A DNA stretch of 64,000 nt from an uncultured Syntrophomonadaceae bacterium (GTDB lineage Bacteria > Bacillota > Dethiobacteria > DTU022), in NCBI GenBank assembly GCA_964463285.1, contig CAYXBB010000002.1, forward strand, positions 3,628 to 67,627, written 5' to 3'. This document shows, piece by piece, positions 11,785 to 23,780 of the stretch. Both the position numbers and the translations under genes were made by a program. Below the pieces are notes generated by a model, which was not told where the DNA came from, did not search any database, and saw only the letters and a program-made list of their open reading frames with translations. The first letter of the stretch is position 1. The number at the start of each line of letters is the position of its first letter.

Positions 11785-14629
11785 GGGCTAAACCTCCTTC
11801 CAGCACCTTCTTAAGCCATTTTCCGGTATAGGAGCCTTTTACTCGGGCTACCTGCTCAGGAGTCCCCTGGGCTACCACCTGTCCGCCCCCCTCCCCGCCC
11901 TCCGGTCCCAAATCGATCAGGTAATCGGCTCTTTTTAATACATCGGGGTTGTGCTCGATCACCAGCACGGTATTCCCGGCCCCGGTTAATCTATTTAAAA
12001 TAACCAGCAGTTTGTTGATATCCTCCAGATGGAGTCCGGTAGTAGGTTCATCCAAGATATAGAATGTGCGCCCCTGACTACGCCGGGAAAGTTCGGTAGC
12101 CAGTTTTACCCGCTGTGCTTCTCCGCCGGAAAGAGTGGTGGCCGGCTGGCCCAACCGTATATATCCCAATCCTACATCCTGCAAAGTTTGTAACTTGCGC
12201 ACAATCCGGGGAAAAGGTTCAAATAGCTCTACGGCTTCCGATACAGTCATATCCAGGATATCGGCAATATTTTTCCCTTTGTAATGTATTTCTAGAGTTT
12301 CCCGATTGTAGCGCTGTCCGCGGCAAACCTCGCAGGGAACATAGACATCGGGCAGAAAGTGCATTTCTATGCGCAATATGCCGTCTCCCCGGCAGGCTTC
12401 GCACCGGCCCCCTTTTACATTAAAGCTGAATCTTCCCGGGCGGTAACCCCGCTTACGGGATTCCACCAGCTGGGAGAAAAGTTCCCGGATCCCGTCAAAC
12501 AGCCCGGTGTAAGTAGCCGGATTGGAGCGGGGGGTTCTCCCGATAGGAGCTTGATCGATCACCACCACCTTGTCCAGATAGTTCAGCCCCTCGATCCGAT
12601 CATGATCCCCGGGCTGTTCCCGGGAGCGATAAAGGTGCCGAGACAGGGCCCGGGCCAAAATCTGGTTTACCAGGGTGCTTTTTCCGGACCCGGAAACCCC
12701 GGATACGCAGACGAATAGCCCCAAGGGTATCCCTACATCAATATTTTTTAAATTATGCTCGCGGGCACCCTTGATCCACAGCCAGCGTTCGTTGGGAGTT
12801 CGTCTTTGATCCGGAAGGGGAATAGACTTTCGTCCAGACAGGTAATCTCCGGTAACCGATCCCGGGGTGCTTATGATTTTCTCCAGGGTCCCCTGAGCTA
12901 CTATATTGCCACCCCGAGCGCCGGCACCGGGGCCGATATCCACTATATGATCCGCCCGCAGGATGGTCTCTAGATCATGTTCTACTACAATTACCGTGTT
13001 ACCCAGATCGCGTAAGGCCTCCAAAGTGTCCAGCAGGCGAGCACTATCCCGCAAATGGAGGCCGATGCTGGGTTCATCCAGGATATAGATCACCCCGGTC
13101 AAACCGGAACCGATCTGGGTCGCCAGCCGAATCCGTTGGGCCTCCCCTCCGGAGAGGGTTGCCGCCGGGCGATCCAGGGTCAGGTAACCCAGCCCGACAT
13201 TGATCAAGAACTGCAGGCGGGCCCGGATCTCTTTTAACACCTGGTGGGCGATCTTCTGCTCCCGTTCGGTCAGTGAGAGTTCTATTAAACGCCGCTCCGC
13301 TTCCCCCACGGTTAATGCCGATGTCTGGGATATGTTGTACCCCCCCACCAACACCGACAGGCTAGACTCCTTTAAGCGGCGTCCCCCACAGGCCGGACAG
13401 GAGCAATCAACCTGGTAACGGGCCAACTCCTGACGTACCTCTTCAGACTCGGTGGTCTCAAGGCGGCGCTCAAGCAGCTTGATGATTCCCGGGAAGGGCT
13501 TGCGGTAATTGCGCACCCGGCCGAAGCTGTTAACATAACGGAATCTTATCGGCTGGGAAGATCCATAAAATACAATCTGTTTATGTTCCGGAGGCAGATC
13601 TAGGAACCGGAGATCAAGATCTATTCCGAAGGCATCGGCAGCCGCCTCCAGAAACTGCCGGTAATAAAGGGTGCTTCCTTTATAAGGGTGAATGGCCCCC
13701 TCGGCGATGGTCAGCTCGGGATAAGGTACAATCAGTTCCGGCGAAAATTCAGCCCGCTTACCAAGCCCACTGCATTCCGGGCAGGCGCCGTAAGGGCTGT
13801 TAAAAGAAAAAACCCGGGGGCTTATCTCCTCGAAACTGAATCCGCAGCGGGGACAGGAAAAAAGCTCGCTGAACAAGTGCTCTTCTCCGTCAACCTCCTG
13901 GACCAGAGCCAGCCCCTCACCTAATTTCAGGGTAATCTCCAGGGAATCGGCCAATCGGGTTTGAATCCCTTCCCGGACCACCAGCCGATCCACCAGCACT
14001 TCGATGGAATGCTTTTTCATTTTGTCCAAAGTGATCTGCTCTTCCAGCTCATAGATCTGCCCGTCTACCCGAACCCTTACATAACCCCGACGGCGCATCT
14101 CCTCCAATAGGCGAAGATGTTCCCCTTTGCGCCCCCTGACCAGGGGAGCCATAACCTGCAAACGAGATCCTTCCGGCAAAGCCATGATTTGATCCACCAT
14201 CTGCTGAACAGTCTGCCGGTCAATAGGTTGACGGCAGTGAGGGCAGTAGGGTCTGCCGATCCGGGCATACAGCAACCGCAGGTAATCATAAATCTCGGTA
14301 ACTGTACCTACCGTGGATCGGGGATTGCGGGAGCTGCTTTTCTGATCTATGGAGATGGCTGGAGAAAGTCCCTCAATATGATCCAGATCCGGCTTATCCA
14401 TCTGTCCCAAAAACTGGCGGGCGTAGGCGGACAAAGACTCCACATACCTACGCTGTCCCTCAGCATAGATAGTATCAAAAGCCAGAGAGGATTTCCCCGA
14501 ACCGCTCAGCCCGGTAAATACAATAAGCTTGTTTCGGGGAAGGGTTAAATTGATGTTTTTTAAATTGTGTTCCCTGGCCCCACGTATTTTAATCTCTCCG
14601 GAGATCATCTTCCTCACCTTGAATTTCAA
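11756..14629 (-). CDS. uvrA: Excinuclease ABC subunit A
   Basis: 957 aa, two ABC ATPase modules, zinc fingers, [11 protein letters not shown]-terminal signature. Confidence 0.95.
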   Translation of the reverse strand: MKFKVRKMISGEIKIRGAREHNLKNINLTLPRNKLIVFTGLSGSGKSSLAFDTIYAEGQRRYVESLSAYARQFLGQMDKPDLDHIEGLSPAISIDQKSSSRNPRSTVGTVTEIYDYLRLLYARIGRPYCPHCRQPIDRQTVQQMVDQIMALPEGSRLQVMAPLVRGRKGEHLRLLEEMRRRGYVRVRVDGQIYELEEQITLDKMKKHSIEVLVDRLVVREGIQTRLADSLEITLKLGEGLALVQEVDGEEHLFSELFSCPRCGFSFEEISPRVFSFNSPYGACPECSGLGKRAEFSPELIVPYPELTIAEGAIHPYKGSTLYYRQFLEAAADAFGIDLDLRFLDLPPEHKQIVFYGSSQPIRFRYVNSFGRVRNYRKPFPGIIKLLERRLETTESEEVRQELARYQVDCSCPACGGRRLKESSLSVLVGGYNISQTSALTVGEAERRLIELSLTEREQKIAHQVLKEIRARLQFLINVGLGYLTLDRPAATLSGGEAQRIRLATQIGSGLTGVIYILDEPSIGLHLRDSARLLDTLEALRDLGNTVIVVEHDLETILRADHIVDIGPGAGARGGNIVAQGTLEKIISTPGSVTGDYLSGRKSIPLPDQRRTPNERWLWIKGAREHNLKNIDVGIPLGLFVCVSGVSGSGKSTLVNQILARALSRHLYRSREQPGDHDRIEGLNYLDKVVVIDQAPIGRTPRSNPATYTGLFDGIRELFSQLVESRKRGYRPGRFSFNVKGGRCEACRGDGILRIEMHFLPDVYVPCEVCRGQRYNRETLEIHYKGKNIADILDMTVSEAVELFEPFPRIVRKLQTLQDVGLGYIRLGQPATTLSGGEAQRVKLATELSRRSQGRTFYILDEPTTGLHLEDINKLLVILNRLTGAGNTVLVIEHNPDVLKRADYLIDLGPEGGEGGGQVVAQGTPEQVARVKGSYTGKWLKKVLEGGLALAGSGKEKG

Positions 14630-14662
14630 TTATTTTCAACAGGCGGGCGATGTCGTCCGCCC

Positions 14663-16732
14663 CTACAACATTTTCCGCAGATCCCTCCCCTTTGGTAAAG
14701 GAGGACCGGGAAGGATTTTCCCCTGGCCCCGGGAGGCGCTGGTCTGTTCCAGATCAAATATAATATCTCTTAACCCGGCTGCTCTTTCAAATTCCAGATC
14801 CCGGGCTGCCTGTTCCATTTCTCTTCGCAATCGGGCAATCGTTTTTTTTCGCTGAGAGGGTTCAAGATCAACCAGTTTTTCCGGACCGTATTCACCGCTT
14901 TCCTCTGCTGTCACGGTAGCCTCGATCAGGCTGCGCACCGGCTTGACCACGCTGCGGGGGGTAATCTGGTAAGTGCGGTTGTGGGCCATCTGTTTTTGAC
15001 GGCGCCGCTCTGTCTCTTCTAGGGCCCGGCGCATTGAATCGGTTATTATGTCGGCATACATGATCACCCGGCCGGAAATATTGCGGGCAGTCCGGCCGAT
15101 AGTTTGAATCAGTGAACGCTCCGATCTCAAAAAACCTTCTTTGTCCGCATCAAAAATGGCTACCAGGGCCACTTCGGGGAGATCCAGTCCTTCCCTAAGC
15201 AGGTTGATCCCGATCAGAACGTCAAATTCTCCTAAACGTAAACCCCGAATAATAGACATCCGTTCCAGGGCGTCGATATCGGAATGCATGTAGCGTACCC
15301 TTAAGCCCATTTCGCGATAATATTCGGTGAGGTCTTCGGCCATCCGCTTGGTTAAGGTGGTTACCAGCACCCGCTGGTTGGATTTGACTACTGACCGAAT
15401 TTCGCCATATAGATCATCTACCTGTCCACCCGCCGGTCGAACAAAAACCCGGGGATCCACCAGGCCGGTAGGACGGATGATCTGCTCAACCACCGCCTGG
15501 CTTTGCTCCAGTTCCCAGGGGCCGGGGGTGGCAGAAAGAAAAATGGCCTGTTTTATCAGCTGTTCAAATTCCTTGAATATAAGCGGCCGGTTGTCCAGCG
15601 CCGAGGGCAGACGGAACCCATGTTCCACCAAGGTGCTTTTACGTGAGTAGTCGCCGCGGTACATACCGTTTATTTGGGGAATAGTAATGTGGGATTCATC
15701 CACTATCAACAGAAAATCCTCCGGGAAATAATCGAGCAGGGTATAGGGCCGGCTTCCTTCCGGGCGCCGGTCAAAATGCCGGGAATAATTTTCGATTCCG
15801 GAACAGAAGCCCACCTCGGTAAGCATCTCCAGATCATAACGGGTACGTTGTTCAAGCCTCTGGGCCTCCAGCAGCCGCCCCTGTTGCCGCAGCGCTGAAA
15901 GACACTGTTTTAGTTCCTGCTGGATATCCGCTACCGCCAGGGGCAACAGCCCGGGAGAGGTAACATAGTGGGTAGCCGGAAAAACAGCGGCATGGGTGCG
16001 TTCTCCAATTACCCGGCAGGTCAGGGGATCTATCTCCCGAATCCGTTCAATCTCATCGCCAAACATCTCCACCCGCAGGGCCGCCCCGGTAAATGAGGCC
16101 GGGAAAATTTCAATCAGCTCTCCCCGGGCCCGGAAAGTTCCCCGTCTGAAATCAATTTCATTGCGCTGGTATTGAATGGATACCAGCCGGGAAAGAATTT
16201 CGTCCCGGCTAATCTCCGCTCCCACACGCAGTGAAAGCAGCTGTTCACCATACTCCCGGGGAGACCCCAATCCATAAATGCAGGACACGCTGGCTACGAT
16301 GATTACATCACGCCGTTCCAGCAGGGCACTGGTAGCAGAGTGGCGCAATTTGTCTATCTCGTCGTTAATAGAAGAATCCTTCTCAATATAGGTATCGGTC
16401 TGGGGGAGATAGGCCTCCGGCTGATAGTAATCATAATAGCTGATAAAAAATTCCACGGCATTGTCGGGAAAAAATTCTTTAAACTCGCTACAAAGCTGGG
16501 CAGCCAGGGTCTTGTTGGGGGCCATCACCAGGGTGGGACGCTGAATCTGTTGAATGATATTGGCCATGGTAAATGTTTTTCCGGAACCGGTTACCCCCAG
16601 CAGGGTTTGGTAACGAAAACCCTTGTTCAGTCCCTTTACCAGGCTTTGAATGGCCCGTGGCTGATCTCCGGCAGGAGTATAGTCGGTTACCAGTTTAAAT
16701 GGTTTTCCCGCAGGCATCTGTCGCACCTTCAT
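14663..16732 (-). CDS. uvrB: Excinuclease ABC subunit B
   Basis: 689 aa, helicase motifs [13 protein letters not shown]-terminal UVR domain. Confidence 0.95.
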   Translation of the reverse strand: MKVRQMPAGKPFKLVTDYTPAGDQPRAIQSLVKGLNKGFRYQTLLGVTGSGKTFTMANIIQQIQRPTLVMAPNKTLAAQLCSEFKEFFPDNAVEFFISYYDYYQPEAYLPQTDTYIEKDSSINDEIDKLRHSATSALLERRDVIIVASVSCIYGLGSPREYGEQLLSLRVGAEISRDEILSRLVSIQYQRNEIDFRRGTFRARGELIEIFPASFTGAALRVEMFGDEIERIREIDPLTCRVIGERTHAAVFPATHYVTSPGLLPLAVADIQQELKQCLSALRQQGRLLEAQRLEQRTRYDLEMLTEVGFCSGIENYSRHFDRRPEGSRPYTLLDYFPEDFLLIVDESHITIPQINGMYRGDYSRKSTLVEHGFRLPSALDNRPLIFKEFEQLIKQAIFLSATPGPWELEQSQAVVEQIIRPTGLVDPRVFVRPAGGQVDDLYGEIRSVVKSNQRVLVTTLTKRMAEDLTEYYREMGLRVRYMHSDIDALERMSIIRGLRLGEFDVLIGINLLREGLDLPEVALVAIFDADKEGFLRSERSLIQTIGRTARNISGRVIMYADIITDSMRRALEETERRRQKQMAHNRTYQITPRSVVKPVRSLIEATVTAEESGEYGPEKLVDLEPSQRKKTIARLRREMEQAARDLEFERAAGLRDIIFDLEQTSASRGQGKILPGPPLPKGRDLRKML

Positions 16733-16858
16733 ACGTATATTTCAATATTTCATTATACCATAACCCGACAAGCGGTTCCTGTACCGGGTTGTATACAAAA
16801 CCGGTAGTCTACCCTTAAAGTGGCAGGTTGTCGTTCTATTTGACACTTAAAACATTGT

Positions 16859-17422
16859 CTACAACAGCCGTCCCCTGGAGAGGATCAGGACCAGGCCGAT
16901 CACCATAAATAATATCGCAGTGCCGATTTTCATATACCGGGGATTGAACCGGGATAACAGGCGAGATCCCAAATAAACGGCCAGGGCGTGGTTGGCGGCC
17001 ATGGCCAGCATGGCTCCGGTGAGCACAGGCAGCGGTCGGCCGAGGTTGGCAGCCAACAACATGGCCGCTATTTGGGTTTTATCTCCGATCTCCGCCAAAA
17101 ATACCATCCCCAGGGTCTGGTAGAAACCGGTCTTTCCGGAAGGAAGATCAGAATCCCTTTCCTTTTTAACTGCGGTGTACAGACCCATTAGGATAAATGC
17201 TCCCCCGGAAGCGGCTATCAGCACCGGTTGGGGAAAATAAGTTGCCATCATCTTTCCAGCAAGTATAGCCATGCTCAGCACCAGGAATAAGGCGGAAAGG
17301 GCACCGCCAAGCACCTGCAGGGGAGGGTGGCGGCCGGCCATGGACAGGGATACCAGCTGGGTTTTATCGCCGAACTCGGCTATGAATATGGTGATAAACG
17401 CCGTGAACAAAGCAGAAACCAT
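16859..17422 (-). CDS. GDT1/TMEM165 (UPF0016) family putative Ca2+/Mn2+:H+ transporter
   Basis: 187 aa, two E-x-G-D-K-T motifs (EFGDKTQ, EIGDKTQ) in antiparallel TM repeats. Confidence 0.7.
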   Translation of the reverse strand: MVSALFTAFITIFIAEFGDKTQLVSLSMAGRHPPLQVLGGALSALFLVLSMAILAGKMMATYFPQPVLIAASGGAFILMGLYTAVKKERDSDLPSGKTGFYQTLGMVFLAEIGDKTQIAAMLLAANLGRPLPVLTGAMLAMAANHALAVYLGSRLLSRFNPRYMKIGTAILFMVIGLVLILSRGRLL

Positions 17423-17433
17423 AAACGCCTCCC

Positions 17434-18795
17434 CTATCTCTTATCCCGCTGCCCAAACAAACGTCGCAAGGGGTTTAAAAAGGTGGGAGTTTTTATCTCC
17501 ACATATACCGGACAATCCGGGGGAGGGGCAGCGATAATTCCCAGCTCCGCTCCCCAGTGTAAGGTGGAAAAATAGCTCGGGGGGGTAGGACACCGATGGG
17601 GCCTGCTCTCTATCTCTCCGGAAGGGGGCTTTTTGAGAACCACCGAAAATATCCGGCCTTTGCGGTCTATCTCCATAAGGGTCATGAAATAGCTGCGTTT
17701 GATCAATGAAAACAGATCCGGGCTGCCCCCGGGCAGCTCCTCGCCATTTATTTTAAGTATGATATCCCCTGATTTGAGGCCGGCCTGATCAGCGGCGGAT
17801 CCGGGTATTACCATCATTACTCCCGTCCCTCGGGGGGGTGACAAATAAATTGGGCGTTTTGATGATTCTCGCCGTTGGCCATGAATGATAACCCATTCAT
17901 GGCCCAGGGGAGCCAGCAATATACCGGGCAGGGTTAGCCAGGAGTTAAGCTCTGCTGCTATCGCCACCGCCAGCAACACCAGGCTATATATCGCCAGGTA
18001 ACGGGCTGAAACGACAGATTTTTCTCGCGGCGAACTCGATACAGCCAGATCGGCATAACCAAGACCGGCTACCACCGGTACCGCCATGTATTGCAGGGTT
18101 TCGCCGGGACCGGGTTTCAAAGCAGCCTTAATAATCGGCCACCACTCCGGCATACTAACCCCGGCAATTTCCGAAGATAGAACCGCCGTTACCATCAATG
18201 CCACCAGGGGCAGCGGCCAGAACCGCTGTAAAGTAAATCCCCCCACCACCTGCCCCTCCGGTTTTTTAAAATATACCGGGCTGGAATTCCAGTGACCTCC
18301 AAGATAGATCAGCAAAGATTCTATCAGGTGCAATAGCGCGATCAGGGCCAGCAGAGCCGGTACATGAATTTTAAACAACCCTTCTGTTAATGGAAAAGTA
18401 GCTAAGGAGGGGGAATACAAAGAAAGCAGCTTTACCAGCACGCCAAACAAGGCTACGATCCCACCGGCATAAGAAAAACAAAGATAACGAGGGTTTACAA
18501 ACAACAGCAAAATTGCTACCGGCCAGATATATATCAACCCCATCTGCTCCAGCGACAACCCCAGTAAAACAAACATCAGGCTGGCTAGAAACCCACCGGC
18601 GGCCCCCAACCCTATGGAACCATAAAGTTGCGGCCAGATCCTGTTAATTGTCCGGCCAAATAGTTTTTTTTCCATACCCGCCATGCGCCGATGCTGAATA
18701 AAAATCAAAATCAGCACCATCCAGTAAAACGGGGTGAGAAAGGTGTAAGAAAAGGTGGTAATGATAACCTGGCCCAACTCAAGTATCAATTCCAC
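17434..18795 (-). CDS. Polytopic membrane protein with C-terminal PDZ domain
   Basis: 453 aa, many hydrophobic helices, PDZ-like GSAADQAGLKSGDIILKINGE; no HExxH so not an obvious S2P. Confidence 0.5.
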   Translation of the reverse strand: MELILELGQVIITTFSYTFLTPFYWMVLILIFIQHRRMAGMEKKLFGRTINRIWPQLYGSIGLGAAGGFLASLMFVLLGLSLEQMGLIYIWPVAILLLFVNPRYLCFSYAGGIVALFGVLVKLLSLYSPSLATFPLTEGLFKIHVPALLALIALLHLIESLLIYLGGHWNSSPVYFKKPEGQVVGGFTLQRFWPLPLVALMVTAVLSSEIAGVSMPEWWPIIKAALKPGPGETLQYMAVPVVAGLGYADLAVSSSPREKSVVSARYLAIYSLVLLAVAIAAELNSWLTLPGILLAPLGHEWVIIHGQRRESSKRPIYLSPPRGTGVMMVIPGSAADQAGLKSGDIILKINGEELPGGSPDLFSLIKRSYFMTLMEIDRKGRIFSVVLKKPPSGEIESRPHRCPTPPSYFSTLHWGAELGIIAAPPPDCPVYVEIKTPTFLNPLRRLFGQRDKR

Positions 18796-18803
18796 GTTTA
18801 TGT

Positions 18804-20288
18804 TCAGCTCCCTTCCGGGATGATCTGCACGGTATTTAACAACAAATCCATGGCCAGGTTCAACTGGGGATCTGTCTGTACAAACAGCCGCTCCATCGCC
18901 TGGCGCAGTTTAAGGCAGGTTAAGCTGTCCAGTAAACCGCTGGCTTCCAATCCACAGTCGGACTGAAAATCCGCCAGCGCCCCGGCAGTGTCCCGATCAA
19001 AATAACCGGTGGGGGTTACCTGGCTGTAAGCGAGCTCCCATAACATCTGTTGCAGAAGCTTTACCTCCATCCCACAATCTCCTTCTTTTAATTTGCCCGG
19101 AAAAAATTCAGGGTAGTATTTGAAAGCCTCCGGCAGTTCCAGATAATAATCGGGTTCCAACCCCTTTCCGTGTAAATCACGGCCGGAAGGAGTTAAATAT
19201 TTGGCCACAGTAAGCCGTAAGGCGCCTCCCCCGGCAAGATGGTGCTCCAGGGTCTGTACTGTTGCCTTGCCGTAGGTTTTCTCACCTACCAGAAGCGCTG
19301 CCCGTCGATCCTGGAGCGCTCCGGCAATTACCTCTGAAGCGCTGGCCGATTCCTCGTTGATCAACACAACAATGGGGTATGGTTTGCTTTTGGCATAGGA
19401 ATAATGAACATCCTTAACCTGTTCCCGGCGATTCACCAACCGGGTAATTTCTCCTTCCGGGATCAGTTGCCCGGCCACCTCAAGCGCTTCCTCCAAAAGT
19501 CCGCCGGAATTGTTGCGTAAATCCAGAATCAATCCCCGGCAAAACTTATCGGTTGTCTCCAGGGCTTCCAACTGCCGGATAAAACTTTCTCCGGTGGACC
19601 GCTCAAAATCGGTAATTTGAATATAACCGATTCCCGGTTCTTTAATACTTGAAAACACCGTTTCCACCTTCACCTCCTCCCGTCGAATAACCACCTCCAG
19701 GGGCTCTTCTACACCCGGGCGCTCCAATACCATCCGGACAGTGGTTCCGGCGGGCCCTCTCAACAGATCTGCCGTTCGCTGCAAATCTTGCCCGGGAATT
19801 GCGATCCCCTCAACACTGATGATCCGATCTCCCGGGCTAAGGCCGGCTTTTTCGGCCGGGGAATCAGGAAATAGCCGGAGTATCCAGGTCTCATTGTCTA
19901 TACTAGCCAGACGAGCTCCGATACCCGAAAAAAGACCGGTGGTCTCAATCATAAAATTTTCCAGCTGCTTGGGGCTGTAGTAACAGGTCTGGGGATCCCC
20001 CAGCACCCCAAGCATTCCCTCAATGGCTCCTTCCAATAACCGATCAAGAGGCACCGGTTCCAGGTAGTCTTGAGTAATTTTTTCAAGAATCTGGACAAAC
20101 AGTTCCATCTTCTCGGGAAGTTCATCGCCGGAATGCGGCTCCTGATTTTCACCGACGGAAGTCTCCGGTTCCACTACCATCGGCTTGGCACCGGATATAC
20201 GGTAAACCGCAAAATTGCTGGCAACCAGGATGACAATAAATACCACTAACACGGCGGCATGTTTTTGACTCCACTGTTTTAAATTCAT
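18804..20288 (-). CDS. S41 C-terminal processing peptidase (CtpA/CtpB-like) with C-terminal peptidoglycan-binding domain
   Basis: 494 aa, N-terminal TM, PDZ, S41 catalytic region, C-terminal PG_binding_1-like segment. Confidence 0.8.
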   Translation of the reverse strand: MNLKQWSQKHAAVLVVFIVILVASNFAVYRISGAKPMVVEPETSVGENQEPHSGDELPEKMELFVQILEKITQDYLEPVPLDRLLEGAIEGMLGVLGDPQTCYYSPKQLENFMIETTGLFSGIGARLASIDNETWILRLFPDSPAEKAGLSPGDRIISVEGIAIPGQDLQRTADLLRGPAGTTVRMVLERPGVEEPLEVVIRREEVKVETVFSSIKEPGIGYIQITDFERSTGESFIRQLEALETTDKFCRGLILDLRNNSGGLLEEALEVAGQLIPEGEITRLVNRREQVKDVHYSYAKSKPYPIVVLINEESASASEVIAGALQDRRAALLVGEKTYGKATVQTLEHHLAGGGALRLTVAKYLTPSGRDLHGKGLEPDYYLELPEAFKYYPEFFPGKLKEGDCGMEVKLLQQMLWELAYSQVTPTGYFDRDTAGALADFQSDCGLEASGLLDSLTCLKLRQAMERLFVQTDPQLNLAMDLLLNTVQIIPEGS

Positions 20289-20617
20289 CTATTCACCACC
20301 ACCCTTGGTTCGGGAATTTAATCCGGCAAATATGGTGATCTTTAAAATGCACATAATTAATTATATCGTCAGCCCCATAAAAAAACCACCTTCGGGCAAG
20401 ATTGAAAATAACACTGCATTAGGCCGTCCTTAAGGGCGGTTTACCCTTGAAAATTACATGGGGGAGGGTGAGTCTACTCTTGAGGAAAGAGCGAATTTAG
20501 GAATGGCTGAAATTAAACCAGGGCCTGCCCGAAAGGAATTACAGGCCCAAAATGTTTGCTACCTGTAAAGTTAAATCGGGCTGAGCCGTATTTACTGTAG
20601 ATGGATCGTCAACAAAA

Positions 20618-20650
20618 AGATAACAGGTCTGAAATAACCTGTCACCTGTA
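20618..20650 (-). terminator. Probable intrinsic terminator downstream of M23 peptidase gene
   Basis: Hairpin CAGGTtatttcagACCTG followed on minus strand by TTATCTTTTTGTT. Confidence 0.4.
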
Positions 20651-20715
20651 GATAATTTCCGGATGCGTATTTACCGGCCTACCGGGAAATTCATTTTTTA
20701 AGGATGTTGTTAAAC

Positions 20716-22002
20716 TTATTTTATATAGGGCAAGGGATCAATCCGTTCGCCATTTTTGCGAACTTCAAAATGCAGGTGGGGGCCGGTGCTATTTCCAGTG
20801 GAGCCCACCACCCCGATCCGCTGGCCGCGAGACACCGTCTGCCCCTGGGCAACCAGGCGGGAATGGCAGTGTCCATAAACTGTCTGCCAGCGATTGCCCG
20901 AGCTATCGGTGCCGTGATCGATGATCACCAAAACACCGTAAGCGCCGGGCGATTTGTACTGGGGAAATTGAAACTCATCCCGCCCCGGAGCCTTCTGATA
21001 ATTGTTTGAGCTGCTGATGTAAATACCGGAGAAGATCACTGTCCCGCCCTCCGCGGCCAATATGTAGGAGGGGGTGCCGCAATAGTAGGACGAGAGTGGC
21101 CAGTTAGCGGTGTAAATTGCTATATCCAGCCCCCCATGATAGGAGGAATAACCGGTAAAAGGATCCCTTCTCGCCCCGAAGTAGGAGGAAATATAGGCGT
21201 ACCGATCCGTAGGCCAACAAACCCGGCCGCTGATACCTGCGAAATTACCGGTCCCGGGCTCCAAAAGCCTCAGAATCAGCTGTTCCAGGGCGGCGGCTTC
21301 CCTTTCCATCTCCTCTATAGCTTTCAGGCGCCGGTTTATCTCCTGCTTGAGCTCGGTTAATACCTGGCCCCGGGAAGCTAGGGTAACCTTTACTTCTTGC
21401 TCATGACCCAGCGTTTGACGGCGCAAAGCCTCCAGGCCGCTCTTTTTTTCCTCCAGTTCTTCTTTGCGGGCCTGAATCTGATCCCTCTCCGCGGTTACCT
21501 CTTCCAGCAGGAGCAGATCATTATCGGCAATGGCTTTCAAGTTTACCAAGCGGGTTAAAAAATCTGAAAAATTACTTGACTCCAGAAGCACTTCCAGGTA
21601 GGTTATCTGGCCTCGTTCATAGATCACCCGCAGGCGACGTTTCAACAGGTTATCACGATACTCAAGTTGTTCCTCGGCCTGGGCCAGTTCTTCCTCGGCC
21701 ACCACTATCTCGCCCTCTGTACGGGAGATCTCTCCGGCCAGGCGGTTTAGCTCTGACCGCAGCTCCCTCAGCCGGCTGTCCAACCGGTTGAGTTCCGCCT
21801 TCAGGGTTTCTTCTTCACCCTTCTGCTGCTTTAACTCCTGCTTTTCTTGCTGCAACCGTCTATCAATTTCAGCCTGCTCCTGCCTTTTTTCCTCAACCAG
21901 GGAACTGTTAGTGGCATCCGTGTAGGGAGCCCTTATCGTCATAACTATCAACATCACTGCCAGCAACAACAACCCGTAGCGCCTCAAAAGCCTCATAAGC
22001 AT
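20716..22002 (-). CDS. M23 family metallopeptidase with N-terminal coiled coil (EnvC/PcsB-like FtsEX-associated hydrolase)
   Basis: 428 aa, long heptad/coiled-coil N-half, C-terminal HxxxD...HxH LytM/M23 motifs; directly downstream of ftsEX. Confidence 0.75.
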   Translation of the reverse strand: MLMRLLRRYGLLLLAVMLIVMTIRAPYTDATNSSLVEEKRQEQAEIDRRLQQEKQELKQQKGEEETLKAELNRLDSRLRELRSELNRLAGEISRTEGEIVVAEEELAQAEEQLEYRDNLLKRRLRVIYERGQITYLEVLLESSNFSDFLTRLVNLKAIADNDLLLLEEVTAERDQIQARKEELEEKKSGLEALRRQTLGHEQEVKVTLASRGQVLTELKQEINRRLKAIEEMEREAAALEQLILRLLEPGTGNFAGISGRVCWPTDRYAYISSYFGARRDPFTGYSSYHGGLDIAIYTANWPLSSYYCGTPSYILAAEGGTVIFSGIYISSSNNYQKAPGRDEFQFPQYKSPGAYGVLVIIDHGTDSSGNRWQTVYGHCHSRLVAQGQTVSRGQRIGVVGSTGNSTGPHLHFEVRKNGERIDPLPYIK

Positions 22003-22039
22003 CCTCCCATCTGCACGGTAAGGGCCGCTCAGGGCAGCC

Positions 22040-22966
22040 TTATACTTTCAGATAACGACCCATGGAAAACATGCTCCCCAGCACGCCCAGCCCAATGCCC
22101 AGCGGTAAAAGAAGTTTCGCCAGCTCTCTCATAATTTCGGCCGAAGGAATCATGTTTATAAAATGGAGATTGGTTCCCACCCAGCCGATAGTGGCCCCGT
22201 AAGTATAATAGAATGCAATCAGCGGTAACACCGCCCCCAGAAACCCTAAAGTCAGTCCTTCCAAAATAAAAGGTCCACGGATAAACCAGCCGGTAGCTCC
22301 CACATAGCGCATGATCATAATTTCTTTTCGCCTTAACAGCACCGCCAACCTGATAGAATGGGAGATCAAAAACACAGCGGTAACCGCCAGAGCGGCCATC
22401 AGCATTAGGCCGACCATCTGCAACGCGCGGGTAGTGGTAAACAGGGTTTCCACATATCCCTGACCGTAAAACACTTCACCTACCCCCGGATAACCCTGAA
22501 CCTTTCCGGCTATTTCGGGGACATCTTCCGGAATCACGGTGCGGATTTCATAAGAATCCCGCAAGGGATTTTGTTCGGCACTATCGTAGGGTTCCAGGAA
22601 ATTGCCCCGATCCCCGAACTGGTATTTAAGCCTTTCCAGCGCCTCCTCCTTGGGCACAAACCTAACTTCCAACAGATTGGGGTCGCCGGCCAGTTGCCGG
22701 CGCAAGGCGTTGCGCTCACCCAGCCCGGCCTGATCGTCGATATAAACCACGATTTCCACCTGCTGTTTTACTGTCTCGGTGATATGTTCTATATTCCGAT
22801 TAATGGCCACCAGGGTCCCCAGCATTAACAAGGTAACCACCACCACCCCGATTGAAGCCAGGCTTATCCAGAAATTCCGATAAAAGCTTTTGAGGGCTTC
22901 TCCCCAGAAATACGCCAACCGTCTAAAGAGCAAAGCTATAGGCCCCCTTTTGTTCATCGCCCACAA
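22040..22966 (-). CDS. ftsX: Cell-division ABC transporter permease FtsX
   Basis: 308 aa, 4 TM with large extracellular loop, follows ftsE with 4-codon overlap. Confidence 0.85.
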   Translation of the reverse strand: MWAMNKRGPIALLFRRLAYFWGEALKSFYRNFWISLASIGVVVVTLLMLGTLVAINRNIEHITETVKQQVEIVVYIDDQAGLGERNALRRQLAGDPNLLEVRFVPKEEALERLKYQFGDRGNFLEPYDSAEQNPLRDSYEIRTVIPEDVPEIAGKVQGYPGVGEVFYGQGYVETLFTTTRALQMVGLMLMAALAVTAVFLISHSIRLAVLLRRKEIMIMRYVGATGWFIRGPFILEGLTLGFLGAVLPLIAFYYTYGATIGWVGTNLHFINMIPSAEIMRELAKLLLPLGIGLGVLGSMFSMGRYLKV

Positions 22967-23609
22967 GTTTGCCTTTTTTCAAATAAATCACTCGTTGCTT
23001 GCAATAATCTACAATATCCCGGTCATGGGTGGCAATGATCACGGTAGTTCCCTGGATATTGATCGTGCGGATCAGGTCAATAATTTCTATGGAAGTAGCC
23101 GGATCCAAGTTCCCGGTAGGCTCATCGGCCACAACCATTGCCGGGCGGTTAACAATGGCCCGGGCTATACCTACGCGCTGTTGTTCCCCTCCAGAAAGGT
23201 CGCATACCCTTACCTTAAATTTTTCCTTTAAGCCTACCAGTTCCAGAACCCTGGGTACTCTTTTCACGATTTCCTTGCCGGGGGTCCCCACAGCGTACAT
23301 GGCAAAGGCCACATTGTCATAGGTGGTACGATTTTCCAGCAACCGGAAATCCTGAAATACCATACCGATATTGCGGCGCAAAAACGGTATCTTCCGCTGG
23401 GAAATAGTAGATAAATCCTGGCCCAGCACCCTTAGTTTCCCACTGGAAGGAGCAATTTCCCGGATCAAAAGCCTTAAAAAGGTGGATTTGCCCGCCCCAC
23501 TGGCTCCGACAAAAAACACAAACTCTCCACGATTAATGGCAAGATTTACGTTCTCCACTCCGATACAACCGCCGACATATTTTTTTGTCAAATTTTGTGC
23601 TTCAATCAT
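22923..23609 (-). CDS. ftsE: Cell-division ABC transporter ATP-binding protein FtsE
   Basis: 228 aa, Walker A GASGAGKST, ABC signature LSGGEQQR. Confidence 0.9.
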   Translation of the reverse strand: MIEAQNLTKKYVGGCIGVENVNLAINRGEFVFFVGASGAGKSTFLRLLIREIAPSSGKLRVLGQDLSTISQRKIPFLRRNIGMVFQDFRLLENRTTYDNVAFAMYAVGTPGKEIVKRVPRVLELVGLKEKFKVRVCDLSGGEQQRVGIARAIVNRPAMVVADEPTGNLDPATSIEIIDLIRTINIQGTTVIIATHDRDIVDYCKQRVIYLKKGKLVGDEQKGAYSFAL

Positions 23610-23780
23610 ATCTACCCTTTATCCTGATTGACATAAAATCATGCTATGAATGTTCGACAGATTGTCTGCAAATCCTTTATATGGACCCAATTAATTTACC
23701 TTTTTGCTAAAATATGTTTTCAGGGGATATATTGACTAAAAAGAAATAAAACGATTGATATCTACAATATTGGGAAGATC

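Noticed and set aside
11800-14600. Numerous 60-140-aa antisense ORFs inside uvrA, uvrB, secA, nrdJ and others in the track
   Set aside because: They are shadow ORFs in GC-rich coding sequence on the opposite strand of long, confidently identified genes.
16733-16858. LexA (Cheo) box upstream of uvrB
   Set aside because: Searched for GAAC-N4-GTTC. Only GGTTCCTGTACC-like partial matches. Cannot support an SOS box from sequence alone.
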